A program made the position numbers and the translations under genes. DNA of 63,891 nucleotides, the filler included, from Vezdaea acicularis (taxonomy: Eukaryota), in NCBI GenBank assembly GCA_026025075.1. It is 3 parts of 3 records of this genome, joined end to end, with 100 filler letters (N's around TTAATTAATTAA, not from the genome) between each part and the next. Parts side by side here need not be neighbours in the genome. Positions count along the whole stretch, not along the records: positions 1 to 21,763 come from JAPEUI010000190.1; positions 21,864 to 43,072 come from JAPEUI010000191.1; 1 more part is not named here. One strand, 5' to 3'. This document shows positions 14,162-24,636 of this stretch, piece after piece. How positions within the stretch are numbered: position 1 is the first letter of the stretch; each line of letters begins with the position of its first letter. The notes beneath the pieces were generated by a model, which was not told where the DNA came from, ran no database searches, and saw only the letters and a program-made list of their open reading frames with translations.

Positions 14162-15618
14162 TCAAGCAGTTCCCCTTGGCTTTGATTTCTCGACTTTCTT
14201 CGCAGCCTTCTCAGCCTTGGCTCTTTTCTTCTTTTCCTCAAGCTTTTCTTCCGCCTTCCTCTTGTGACTCGCTTTCTCTTCCTCGGTTTTTGCCAGAGGT
14301 TTGAAGAAGCCTTCCAGGCGGCTCTGTTGCGCTCTCTTCACATTCTTACCTAGCTTCGTAGCTGCGCTTCGAACTCTGTCTTCGCTGAAGCCCTTCTCGA
14401 CTACTAAGAATTGTACCAGCCCCTCTGTATCTGGAGGCTCCCAGCTGAAGTTGCAATTTTCATGATCTGCGGGGTAGACGTCTGGGTGGAAGAAGAGCTC
14501 GCGCGCATCCTTATAGGGCCAGTCCTCTGGAATTGTGTATCTCTTCTTAGGGTCATTCTGGATGCTTTCTACTACACTCTCAAGAGTTTTGTGTTCCCGA
14601 ATGAGCTTGACTGCAGTATTGGGCCCGATCTTGGGAATCGGATCCAGATAGTCACAGCCGAGAAGGATGCAAAGGTCGATGAACTAAGGTGTCCAAGCTC
14701 AGCGTGACCTCAAACTCTCCTTTCCCTTGGGCAGTCGCTTACCTGTGGCATTTCCATGTTCAATCCTTCAAGAACTTTACTTAGATTCAGTTCCTGAATT
14801 GGCTCTTTCCGTTGCTCGCTGAATGTGAGATGTCTCAAAAGGATTGGCGACTCGAAACAGAGCGTGTCCATGTCCTCTGATGCAGCGGCAAAGACCTTTC
14901 CAGCTCTGGCCAAAACTGCGCATTGAGCCTCCGCTTCGGTTGGGGCTATAATAAATGGTACTCCCATCAACTTCAACAGCTTCTGACATTCATCATTGTG
15001 CTCCCTTGTAACGCGGACTGTCCGTCTCGAGAATTTCTCAACCTCCTCGGCAGTGCCGGTCTCTTTGGCCTCCTCGTGGGCTTCCCGAGCTTCGGTCTTG
15101 CGTTGAAACCGTTTCGCCAATTCTCCAGACTTCAGCTTTGGTGGCGCACCATCAAACACGAAGAGAGGTTTGATGCCATTATCTATTATGCGAATCGTGC
15201 GGTAGAACATGCCCATTAAGTGTGATGTGGTCTCGCCGCTTTCGTTCATGAGCTGTTGGCCATCGGATCGGACTGCGATCAAGAAACTGTAGATGCTCAT
15301 AGAACTTAAGGCAAAAACTATGTCAGAGTGGCAAGTATGTGTGAACAGGTATATAGAGCTCACGCATCCTATGTAGGGTCAGGTGGCTTCCAGAGAGAGT
15401 GAGAGAGCTAAAGCTTACAATGGCAACTTTCCGTCCGAAGTGATTCTTGATCTCACCTTCTCTAATCGCATCTGGGGCCTCTTCCTTGATCACATGGTAG
15501 AGCTCTACGCACAGTCGTTAGCGTTTTGCATTGCGACCAGGATTGTCAGCCACGACCAAAAGATATGTCTAGAATGGTGCTAAGTATAGAGAGTCTCATG
15601 CTTACGTTTAATACCCAT
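14162..15618 (-). CDS. FEN1: Flap endonuclease 1
   Basis: MGIK micro first exon; [47 protein letters not shown] and GCDY motifs; C-terminal PIP box QQSRLEGFF. Confidence 0.96.
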
Positions 15619-15730
15619 TTTGATAACACTGGGCAGATCAGAATGCGCTGTCAATCGGGTTTAAGAAATCAGCGAGAGTAGCTCTGAGCTGATGGGTCGC
15701 GCTTTGGCAAGCGATGTCTAAATGACGAAG

Positions 15731-15753
15731 GTCGCGTCAAGGGGAGACGCGAC
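15731..15753. promoter_or_regulatory. Inverted pair of MCB-like (ACGCG) elements in the FEN1/UGGT divergent promoter
   Basis: GTCGCGTC-N7-GACGCGAC is a perfect 8-bp inverted repeat about 115 nt upstream of the FEN1 ATG. MBF-type CGCG sites are typical of S-phase genes. Confidence 0.45.
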
Positions 15754-16085
15754 TTGAAACTTATTGGCCAATGGTAATTGCGGCGCGGCTAAATTTCTGA
15801 ATAAGCGCGATTCGGGAAATCTGGCCAGAGCTTGAGGTCATCGCAAAACTGATGTTAGCTTCGAACGTCGTTAGATTGAATATTTGTCAATAGTTTTACA
15901 GTTTACAATATTGAATGCGAAGCTAGGATCATCATATCCAAATCCCTAGTATCTTCGTAGATTATCTCCTGCGGCGTCTCCAACTTCGCCCCTATCCCTT
16001 TTGATCGCTGTAACATGGCCAACCCCTTGGGTTCCTGCTTGATATGAGATATTGGAAGGACGTCGGCATAGTTTGATCTATAGAT

Positions 16086-19000
16086 ATGAGAGTCTTGGAG
16101 CTGCCCGCAACGCTTGTTGCGGCTATTTGGGTAGCAATCACTGCGCTGCCACCGCCAGCGATTGCAAGTGCCGACGTTGATATTGCCCTAGAAGCTTCAT
16201 TCGGCTCACCGCCGTACCTATTGGAACTTCTGTGAGTGACTTGGGCCGACAGAAGTTGATTTGTACTAATATACACAGTGAGGCAGCAGCAGAAGAGAAC
16301 CAAACTGCATATTTCCCGCTACTAGATCGAATCGCAGAAGGACACTTCACGGGGGTGCTAACAGATAAGGAGCTCCACGAGAAATTCCTAGCAACCTTGA
16401 AAGAGGATGGACATGTCACAGACCCCGTGACGCTTTCGTCGTTTCAGCTGGCCTTGTCTCTGCGATCCGCTGCGCCGCGCATTCAGGCTCACTATCAATT
16501 CTATCGTACGGCGGTAGAGCCTGTGATAGCAAATAGATCCCCAGAGGAATGTCCACAATGGGTACACTTCGTCGGAAAACAGTACTGCTCTCCAGCATTG
16601 TCTGAAGCTACTCAAGAAATCTCTGCAGAGAGGTGAGGCTTCTACTTTATTACATGCGAGCGTGTACTAACCTAGTATAGTATACCACAGCACCTTCAAT
16701 TGGATCATATTCTGAGTGAAGACCCCAAATTGCCTTCTTCGATCCTCTATGCGGATGTCAATGACCCGTCTTTTGGCCATTTCCACCAAATTTTGGTTCG
16801 CACAGCTAAGGAGGGCAAAACATCCTATCGGGTAAGGTACAAGCCGACGAGGAATGGGGATGACAAGCCTCTACTGGTCAATGGCTACGGTGTAGAACTT
16901 GCTCTGAAGCGAACGGACTATATTGTTATCGACGATCGAGAGTCGGATACGATAGGGGAGTCTGGCAAGGTCTCTGAGCATGTACCTACAGAGTTGGATG
17001 ATGCTGAGATCTCTGATCTTAAGCCGCTGTCTACCTCTGAGCTGCTTAAACTTGGGGTGAAAGCCACTAGTTTTGTGATGAGTAATGAGGATACTTTTGG
17101 AACACTTCTGAGGCTTTCTCAGGACTTCCCAAAACACTCTTCGGCCATCGCTCAGCACAATATATCAAGAGATGTGCTTATGGAGTTGTCAAAGAACCAG
17201 CAAGCTTACATGCCTGCAGGCTACAACAGGCTCTGGATTAATGGCGTGTCTATTGATGCGAGGAACGTTAACGCCTTCGCATTGCTGGACCATCTGAGGC
17301 GGGAGAAGAAGTTGATCAACGCTTTTCAGGCTCTCGGGCTATCCAGCACTGAGGCTGTCAAGCTGCTCTCGCACCCAGCCATCTCAGAAAACGTTGCGGA
17401 AGGCCAGCCGCAGAGATATGACTGGAGGGATGAAATAGAGGGTGGAAAGGTGATATTATGGCTGAATAATCTCGAGAAAGACAAGAAGTATAAGGACTGG
17501 CCAACCGATGCTTCCGGAGTCCTGCAAAGAGTATACCCTGGACAGCTACCTCTTGTTCGAAGGGACATTCACAACCTCGTGCTTCCTGTAGACTTCACTA
17601 GCATCATGGACGTGGAGCTAGTGATTGAACAACTTCAGGCTTTCGTGCAGAGGATTGTGCCCATAAGAATTGGTCTAGTACCTCTTTCGAAGACCCCGGC
17701 CGCCAGGGACCAAGCAAAAGTCGTCTACTACCTCCAGGAGAGCTATGGCCTAAGTGCAGCACTGGCATATCTTCAAGCGTCATTGAAAGGAAAAGCGCTA
17801 GGTCGCCCGCAGAAGACCCACTTTGTATTCGCGATAAAGGAGCGAAGCTTGAAGAAAGATAAAAATGCTCTTGATCTCGACGACGTACTTAAAGACCCGG
17901 AATATGATAATCGCCTAACGTACGCCGAGAAGTACGCTGAGAGACTAGGCGTGAATAGCATGGTGACGCCTTATCTCATCAATGGTATTACGCTTCCACG
18001 CGACGAGCAATGGCTCTCGACCATGTCGAACAGACTGCAGATGGATCTTCGCCTGATTCAACGTTTCGTATACGAAGAGCAGCCGGCTTCGGACACATGG
18101 CTTGCCGGCCATTTTCTGTCCACCGCCAGCAGCCGTCGTAACACATTGATCAGCACCGAAGACGAGAGCAATCTGAAGGTGATCGACATTGGCAAGGTTG
18201 CAGCTCATCAGCCAGTCTTCAGTGCGCTTCCTTCACTTCGAGCCTCCAGCACAGCACCGAAAGCTGATTGGGCTCAGCTGATTGTTGTCGGAAATTTCGA
18301 TACTCAAGAGGGTTACGACTTGCTCCGGAATGCTATCTTGTTCCAAGCTCAACAGCTTAGCGTTGAAGTAGTTTTTGTGCATAGCTCGGGCATGCCAGAA
18401 GCACAGCCCACAGTCTCAAACGAGCTCTTTGGCGGTCTCAAGAGCGAAGGCGTCCTTGTCGAATCCTTCAGGGAGATGATGGAAACGCAGCATACCCTGC
18501 CCAAGATAGATGCCGACGAGAGCGGCACTCCAGATAATTCAGAGGCAAAGAAATTCTGGGCATCAGCACAAACGCTTGTAGCTGATCTAGGCTTCATGCC
18601 CGGACAACAAGGCCTGGTGTTGAATGGGAGAGTTGTAGGACCCATTCCACTGAAGACTACTTTTGCTGCCGAGGACTTCAAAGCGTTACTCGAGTATGAA
18701 CGTGCGAAGCGTCTCCAGCCAGTCTACAAAGCTATGGAAAAAGTAGGACTTCTGGATCGTCTGCAGGCTCCGTCGGAGATTGCTGCACTGTCATCACTTG
18801 TCGCCATCTCAACCATTTCAGATGTTCCGGAAGGGATCTTTGACTCGAGCTCAACAGCTCGAGCGGATCACTTCATAGCATGGAGCTCTGAGTATACAGC
18901 CATTAAAACAGGAGACGTTAGCAGCGCTACATTCCAAGTCGTTGCAGCTGTCGACCCCGCAAGCGAAATGTCACAGCGGTGGATACCGATACTAAAGGTG

Positions 19001-20668
19001 TTGTCTGAGCTCGACGGTGTCTATTTGAAGTTGTTCCTCAATCCGAAGGATAGACTAGACGAGCTGCCTGTCAAACGATTTTATCGCCATGTTCTCAAAT
19101 CTAGGCCAAGTTTTGACGCCAAGGGGCATCTTGAGGAAGCTAGGGCGACATTCAGGAGCATCCCGAAAGACGCCCTGCTCACCGCTGGCATGGACGTACC
19201 TCCCTCCTGGCTCGTGGCCCCGAAAGTGTCTGTCCACGACCTCGACAACATCAAGCTCAGCAATCTCAAGGAAGACGCCTCAGTCAAAGCAACGTACGAG
19301 CTCGAGAGCATCCTCATCGAAGGCCACTCGCGCGAGGCTACAAGTACAAAACCACCCCGAGGAGCTCAGCTCGTTTTGGGTACAGAACGCGATCCGCATT
19401 TCGCGGACACGATCATCATGGCGAATCTCGGCTACTTCCAGTTCAAGGCAAGTCCTGGGGTGTGGAAGCTCGCTCTCGAAGCTGGCCGCTCGGAGCAGGT
19501 CTACACTATCGACAGCGCGGGGACAAAGGGCTACAAAGCTAAGCCTGGCGATGAGAGCACTCTGATCGAACTCACCAGCTTTCAAGGCACGACGCTGTTC
19601 CCGCGGTTGTCGAGAAACGCGGGACAGGAGGACGAAGATGTGTTAGAACTACCAAATGGCACACCTCAGGGCACGGTAGCTGGTTTTGTGGAAAAAGGCC
19701 TCAAGATGGCACAAGGGATTCTGGGCAACGTCATTCCCAACAAAGGCACTCCCCCCGCCGTCGTATCCGATCAGGCTGATATCAACATCTTCTCCGTCGC
19801 CTCTGGCCATCTCTACGAGCGCATGCTCAACATCATGATCGTATCCGTCATGCGGCACACGAACCACACAGTGAAATTCTGGTTCATCGAACAATTCCTC
19901 TCTCCCTCCTTCAAAGACTTCATTCCGCAGCTCGCAGAGGAGTACCACTTCCAGTACGAGATGGTAACCTACAAGTGGCCGCACTGGCTGCGCGGGCAGT
20001 CCGAAAAGCAGCGCGAGATCTGGGGCTACAAGATCCTCTTCCTCGACGTCCTCTTCCCCCTCTCCCTCGACAAAGTCATCTTCGTCGATGCCGACCAGAT
20101 CGTCCGCACCGACATGCACGACCTCATCGCCCACGACCTCGAAGGCGCCGTCTACGGCTTCACCCCCATGTGCGACTCCCGCACCGAAATGGAGGGCTTC
20201 CGCTTTTGGAAGACTGGATACTGGCACTCCTTCCTCCGCGGCAAGCCTTACCACATCAGCGCGCTCTACGTCGTCGACCTCGCCGCTTTCCGCGCTGTCG
20301 CCGCCGGCGACCGTCTTCGTCAGCAGTATCAGGCGCTTAGTGCGGATCCCGCTTCGCTGAGTAACCTCGACCAGGACCTCCCCAATCACATGCAGCACGC
20401 CCTCCCCATCCACAGTCTCCCGCCCAGCTGGCTCTGGTGCGAGACCTGGTGCAGCGATGAGGAGCTCGCCGATGCGCGGACGATCGATCTGTGTAATAAT
20501 CCGCTGACCAAGGAGCCGAAGCTGGATAGGGCAAGGAGGCAGGTGCCGGAGTGGAATGTGTATGATGAGGAGATTGAAGCGGTGAGGCAGAGGAGGCAGA
20601 GGCAGAGGCGGGCGCGCGAGGAGGAGGAGCTAGGAACGCTGGGGAGAGGGGGACATGATGAATTGTAG
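16086..20668 (+). CDS. KRE5: UDP-glucose:glycoprotein glucosyltransferase (UGGT, GT24)
   Basis: Signal peptide; GYGVELALKRTDY, INIFSVASGHLYER, FVDADQ and NLDQDLPN motifs; C-terminal HDEL. Two short 5' introns. Confidence 0.97.
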
Positions 20669-20779
20669 ACTTGTATTGCTATAGTTACGAGATGATTGGC
20701 TTTGTTTTAGCGATGAGTTTAGATATATAAGGTCATTGCAATAGCTTCAACTTGCCTCACCGCCCCCAATTCGAGCATT

Positions 20780-21763
20780 AGACGATGTATCCCGCACTGG
20801 TGACCCGAATCATGGGACCCTGGATCGTCCATCCATCCAACCCCATCAACCCAAACACACCCTCTCCTAGGGAACGCCCTCCCCCACATCTACAGCGTCT
20901 GGTGCGAAAGGCTTTTCGATCTCGGGGATGGTCTGCTGGCTAAGGGGATGAAGCTGGAGGGGCCGGGAGAGGAAAGAGAGATGGGATGGGCTGGGGAAAG
21001 TGGGGTTTGCGTGACACTGGAGAGGATCGGGTAGCGCTATGTTCTCAGTTGAAGTGCTGGAAAATGTGGGGAGGGCGTGGAGTATATGGTGGGAAGGGTT
21101 TGCGAGAAGGGATTTGGATAGGAATGGGAAAGGGTTGCTCGTCGATGTCTTAATCGGTGGAATTAACGACTCAGCAATACCTTTCGATACCAGACGGAGG
21201 CCGGCGATGCTCTTTCGCAAAGCTCCTAAGCACGACGATCGAGCAACCAGAAAAAGAAGAAAAAAAAGGAAGGTAGAGTTAGCGTACCAGCCTGTCGGGA
21301 CCGGGAGGGGGGGGGGTTCATGTCTTCGATAGACTAGCCATTGGTTGGCGGAAGAGATCCGGGGGGCGTATGTATGTAGCTCCCGCAAAAACAATGAAAA
21401 AGAGAGTCGTGGATAGCTGGTCCCAGCCTCTCTCTTGGGAGAATTAAGAAATAGAGAAAAGAGAGAGGAGAGAGAAAGAAAGAAAGAAAGAAATTCCAGC
21501 TGCTCGGTTGCCAGAAGACGGGAGAGAATCAAGACGATGGGGAAAAGAAAAGAAAGAAACATAAAAAAGAAAAAGAAAAGGTTGGAAGGGATAGAAGGAC
21601 CGAGCCGTCGGGTGCGAAGCGAGGAGTTCGGTTTGAAGGGAGAAGAAGCAATTGTTGAAGCTTGTAGATATCGACCGATAGGCACGACAGGGGAGGAACA
21701 GGCGGAACCGGGAGAGGGCTGGGGGAGGGGAGCTTGGAGTGGAGTCAGCTAGAGAGATAGAAA
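20780..21763 (-). ncRNA. Candidate large structured, pseudoknotted RNA; 5' part may be cut off by the contig end
   Basis: Several long complementary segment pairs separated by polypyrimidine tracts. G-U pairs work only on the minus strand. No recognisable protein is encoded. Confidence 0.5.
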
Positions 21764-21863
21764 NNNNNNNNNNNNNNNNNNNNNNNNNNNNNNNNNNNNN
21801 NNNNNNNTTAATTAATTAANNNNNNNNNNNNNNNNNNNNNNNNNNNNNNNNNNNNNNNNNNNN
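21764..21863. other. Artificial contig linker
   Basis: 44 N + TTAATTAATTAA (stops in all six frames) + 44 N. Confidence 0.98.
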
Positions 21864-22619
21864 GTGGAGGCGGAAGAGATGTATGTGCGAGCACTGAAGG
21901 GAAAGGAGAAGGCCTGGGGTCCTGATCACACGTCGACGCTCGATACATTCAACAACCTGGGCGCACTGTACTCTGATCAAGGCAAGCTCGCGGAAGCGGA
22001 AGAGATGTATGTGCGAGCGCTGAAGGGAAAGGAGAAGGCCTGGGGTCCTGATCACACGTCGACGCTCGACACAGTCAACAATCTGGGCGCACTGTACTCT
22101 GATCAAGGCAAGCTCGCTGAGGCGGAAGAGATGTATGTGCGAGCGCTGAAGGGAAAGGAGAAGGCCTGGGGTCCTGATCACACGTCGACGCTCGACACAG
22201 TCAACAATCTGGGCGTACTGTACAAGAATCAAGGCAAGCTCACGGAGGCGGAAGAGATGTATGTGCGAGCGCTGAAGGGATACGAGAAGGCCTGGGGTCC
22301 TAATCACGCGTCGACGCTCGACACAGTCAACAATCTGGGTGCATTGTACTTTAATCAAGGCAAGCTCGCTGAGGCGGAAGAGATGTGTGTGCGAGCGCTG
22401 AAGGGAAAGGAGAAGGCTATGGGGCTTGTGCATAAATCGACATCAGATGCGGCATACAATCTAGCCAATCTTTACCAGCAACGAGGTATGTTCGAGGCAT
22501 CGATGAGATTGTTCCATCAAGCAGAATCGGGATATCGAGTTACCTTGGGGCCTCAGCATGCGGACACGGTAGATGCTGTTGCTCGTATTGCGAGGATACG
22601 TAAGACACAAGAGACATAA
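21864..22619 (+). CDS. C-terminal TPR (kinesin-light-chain-like) region of a probable fungal NLR; 5'-truncated by the gap
   Basis: 42-aa repeats AEEMYVRALKGKEKAWGPDHTSTLDTVNNLGALYSDQGKLAE. The NLR assignment is inferred from repeat type; no NTPase domain is visible. Confidence 0.85.
   Translation: MEAEEMYVRALKGKEKAWGPDHTSTLDTFNNLGALYSDQGKLAEAEEMYVRALKGKEKAWGPDHTSTLDTVNNLGALYSDQGKLAEAEEMYVRALKGKEKAWGPDHTSTLDTVNNLGVLYKNQGKLTEAEEMYVRALKGYEKAWGPNHASTLDTVNNLGALYFNQGKLAEAEEMCVRALKGKEKAMGLVHKSTSDAAYNLANLYQQRGMFEASMRLFHQAESGYRVTLGPQHADTVDAVARIARIRKTQET
21870..22420 (+). repeat. 126-nt near-identical tandem repeats
   Basis: GCGGAAGAGATGT recurs at 21870, 21996, 22122, 22248 and 22374. Confidence 0.97.
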
Positions 22620-24404
22620 AGGCATCTCCAAACCAGTTGCAGTACACCTCTCACTAGTCATTTTCAAGTTTATGACAATCTCAAACGTGATTCATCTTAT
22701 TGACCATACGTCTGGATGGCCCCATTCCCCGGTAGTGGGGGCTCATTAGCTTTCTTGAAGAGCCATGCCGCCATAGGTATCTTTTCACCAAATTCCCACT
22801 TTCAAGTCGAGCCGTCCATCTGATATGATCCAATGTTTCCCATCAGAGGCTCTTCTTGCTTTTGAAATGGGCTACTGTCAGGTATCGTTTTCCTACAATC
22901 CTCTGACCTTACGAGACCAGCGTACCCAGACGAGCCGCTCTCAGCTAAACTGTCTTGCTTCTACATAATCTCCTTCGTGCTCAGAGTGCCTTAGACAAGT
23001 CAGAACTGCCGTGCCTTGAGACGGTCTTGAAATCGATGAGCCGATGAGCAAATGGGCCAACGGGATATAGCAGTAACCTTCTTCGAGAATATTGGTGAAG
23101 TGGGAGGTCTTGTTAGTAACTAAAATCGAGGATTTGCGCAGCATTGTAAATCCTGAGCAACTGACCGCATCTTTCGCCGATCTGTTGATCCTCTCTTTGA
23201 AGGCATCCGACAGCCGGGTCGGATATCATGTCAGCAAGTCTCGAGGCGGCTAGGAGCTGCCCCTGCTGGAATATTAGTCAGATCTCAGCTTCCAGCTTGT
23301 CACGATCGAGTACTGGGAGAACTTACGACTTCAGCACAGATAAAGAAGCTCGACCAAGGAATCTTATTGTGCTCGTTCTTTTTCACAATAACATGAACCG
23401 ATCAATCGTCGTATCATCATCCTCCGGTCCGGTGACAGCAACACGGCCAATGAAATGGAAGGGTGTTGCAAGTTATCGTGGTGAATGGAAGGATTGTGGA
23501 GCCGGACACTCTCAATCGCTCGATCGCCATATGATATCTCGATCATCAGGGCGAGTCATGATCGCCGAATTCGGACATAGGAGGCGCAGCGCGTGCAGTA
23601 ACGCACTCGAGGAAATACGGCCTGGGAGATTGAAGGCCGAGAGAGTTGAAATGGCAATGGAAATGGTGACGGCAGTCGATATCGCGAGGATGAGGTTGAG
23701 CAAAGCAGCATCAGGCTAAGCGAGGCGCCTTACCGGATGGGGTACTCCACATGGACGAAGTTTACCGTTTTCGTTCGCGGAAGGAGGCAGGGTCGCTTTA
23801 GAGGGACACGCGGTGAGCAGAAAAGTTGACACACCAAAACCTAAGCGGGGTACCTTCTCGCCAAATCAGTGTGGCGAGGTACTTTACGTCTCACGTGCCT
23901 CTCTCGCATTTGTATAGAAGCGAGGTACCCTCTCCCACAATTTTGCTGGTAAGATACCCTGCTAATCTTTTGGTGTGTCAACTTTTCTGCTCACCGCGTG
24001 AGGGAGCATTTGGGGAGCACAGGGAGTAGCGAGGGAGCAGCGGGGGGAATAGCGGGGCAAAGCACAAGGGAGTCTAACTTGGCAGCCTCGTATCGGGCTA
24101 AAGCTTCTTGCTTTGAAAATATTAACGTTCTGTTAGAAGTCAATGATAACGCGATTTACGACCTGAATTGGAGCAATTTTGGATGTATTGTGTGATCAGC
24201 GTGATCTAATATATAAGTGTAGAATGATTGAGATTGCTGAAAAAGAGAAGAAAAGGAGCGTTTGACTGCGCTATTATACCGGTGGAAGTTACGTCTTGGC
24301 ATGTGACTTGAGCCTTCTCACACATTCTGTTGAGGCTGCTGCCTAAGTTCAATATGTGGTTACTAAAGAGTTGTGAGCCCAGTACAGTTTACGGGATTTG
24401 AAAC

Positions 24405-24496
24405 ATAACGAGGCTGAGAAACTGCTACAGGGGCGGTTGAATGTCTGGATAACGAGGCTGAGAAACTGCTACAGTAGCGGTTGAATGTCTGGATAA
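24405..24496. repeat. 44-nt tandem duplication
   Basis: ATAACGAGGCTGAGAAACTGCTACAG(GG/TA)GCGGTTGAATGTCTGG twice, with 2 mismatches. Confidence 0.95.
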
Positions 24497-24636
24497 ATGG
24501 AAACAGGCCCCACTTCCTCAATATTGCATGGAATATTTAAGTCGGGCCTACTCCGCTACTTGTACATTGCATCTTTTTATGGCGTTTAAGTAACCCAGTA
24601 GCTGGTGACGCCCTGTTCTGGCAAATATCCAACTCG

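Noticed and set aside
19649..20413. Long antisense ORFs over core genes (also 11584-12159, 27705-28415, 58188-59102)
   Set aside because: Shadow ORFs caused by biased codon usage on the coding strand.
21166..21410. Group I intron interpretation (TTGCGGGAG resembles the P element)
   Set aside because: No recognisable Q, R or S elements or P7 G-binding helix, and no rRNA host context.
21418..21430. TGGTCCCAGCCTC match to the HDV ribozyme
   Set aside because: Partners for P1, P2 and P3 and the catalytic J4/2 strand are absent; the segment is explained by a local hairpin.
20867..21685. 272-aa minus-strand ORF and overlapping plus-strand ORFs
   Set aside because: Phe/Leu/Ser or Arg/Lys/Glu strings produced by pyrimidine/purine tracts; non-ATG start; no family motif.
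21808..21819. TTAATTAATTAA palindrome between N runs (also 43117-43128)
   Set aside because: Six-frame-stop assembly linker, not biological.
21870..22420. CRISPR-like regular repeats
   Set aside because: Contiguous coding TPR units with no unique spacers, in a eukaryote.
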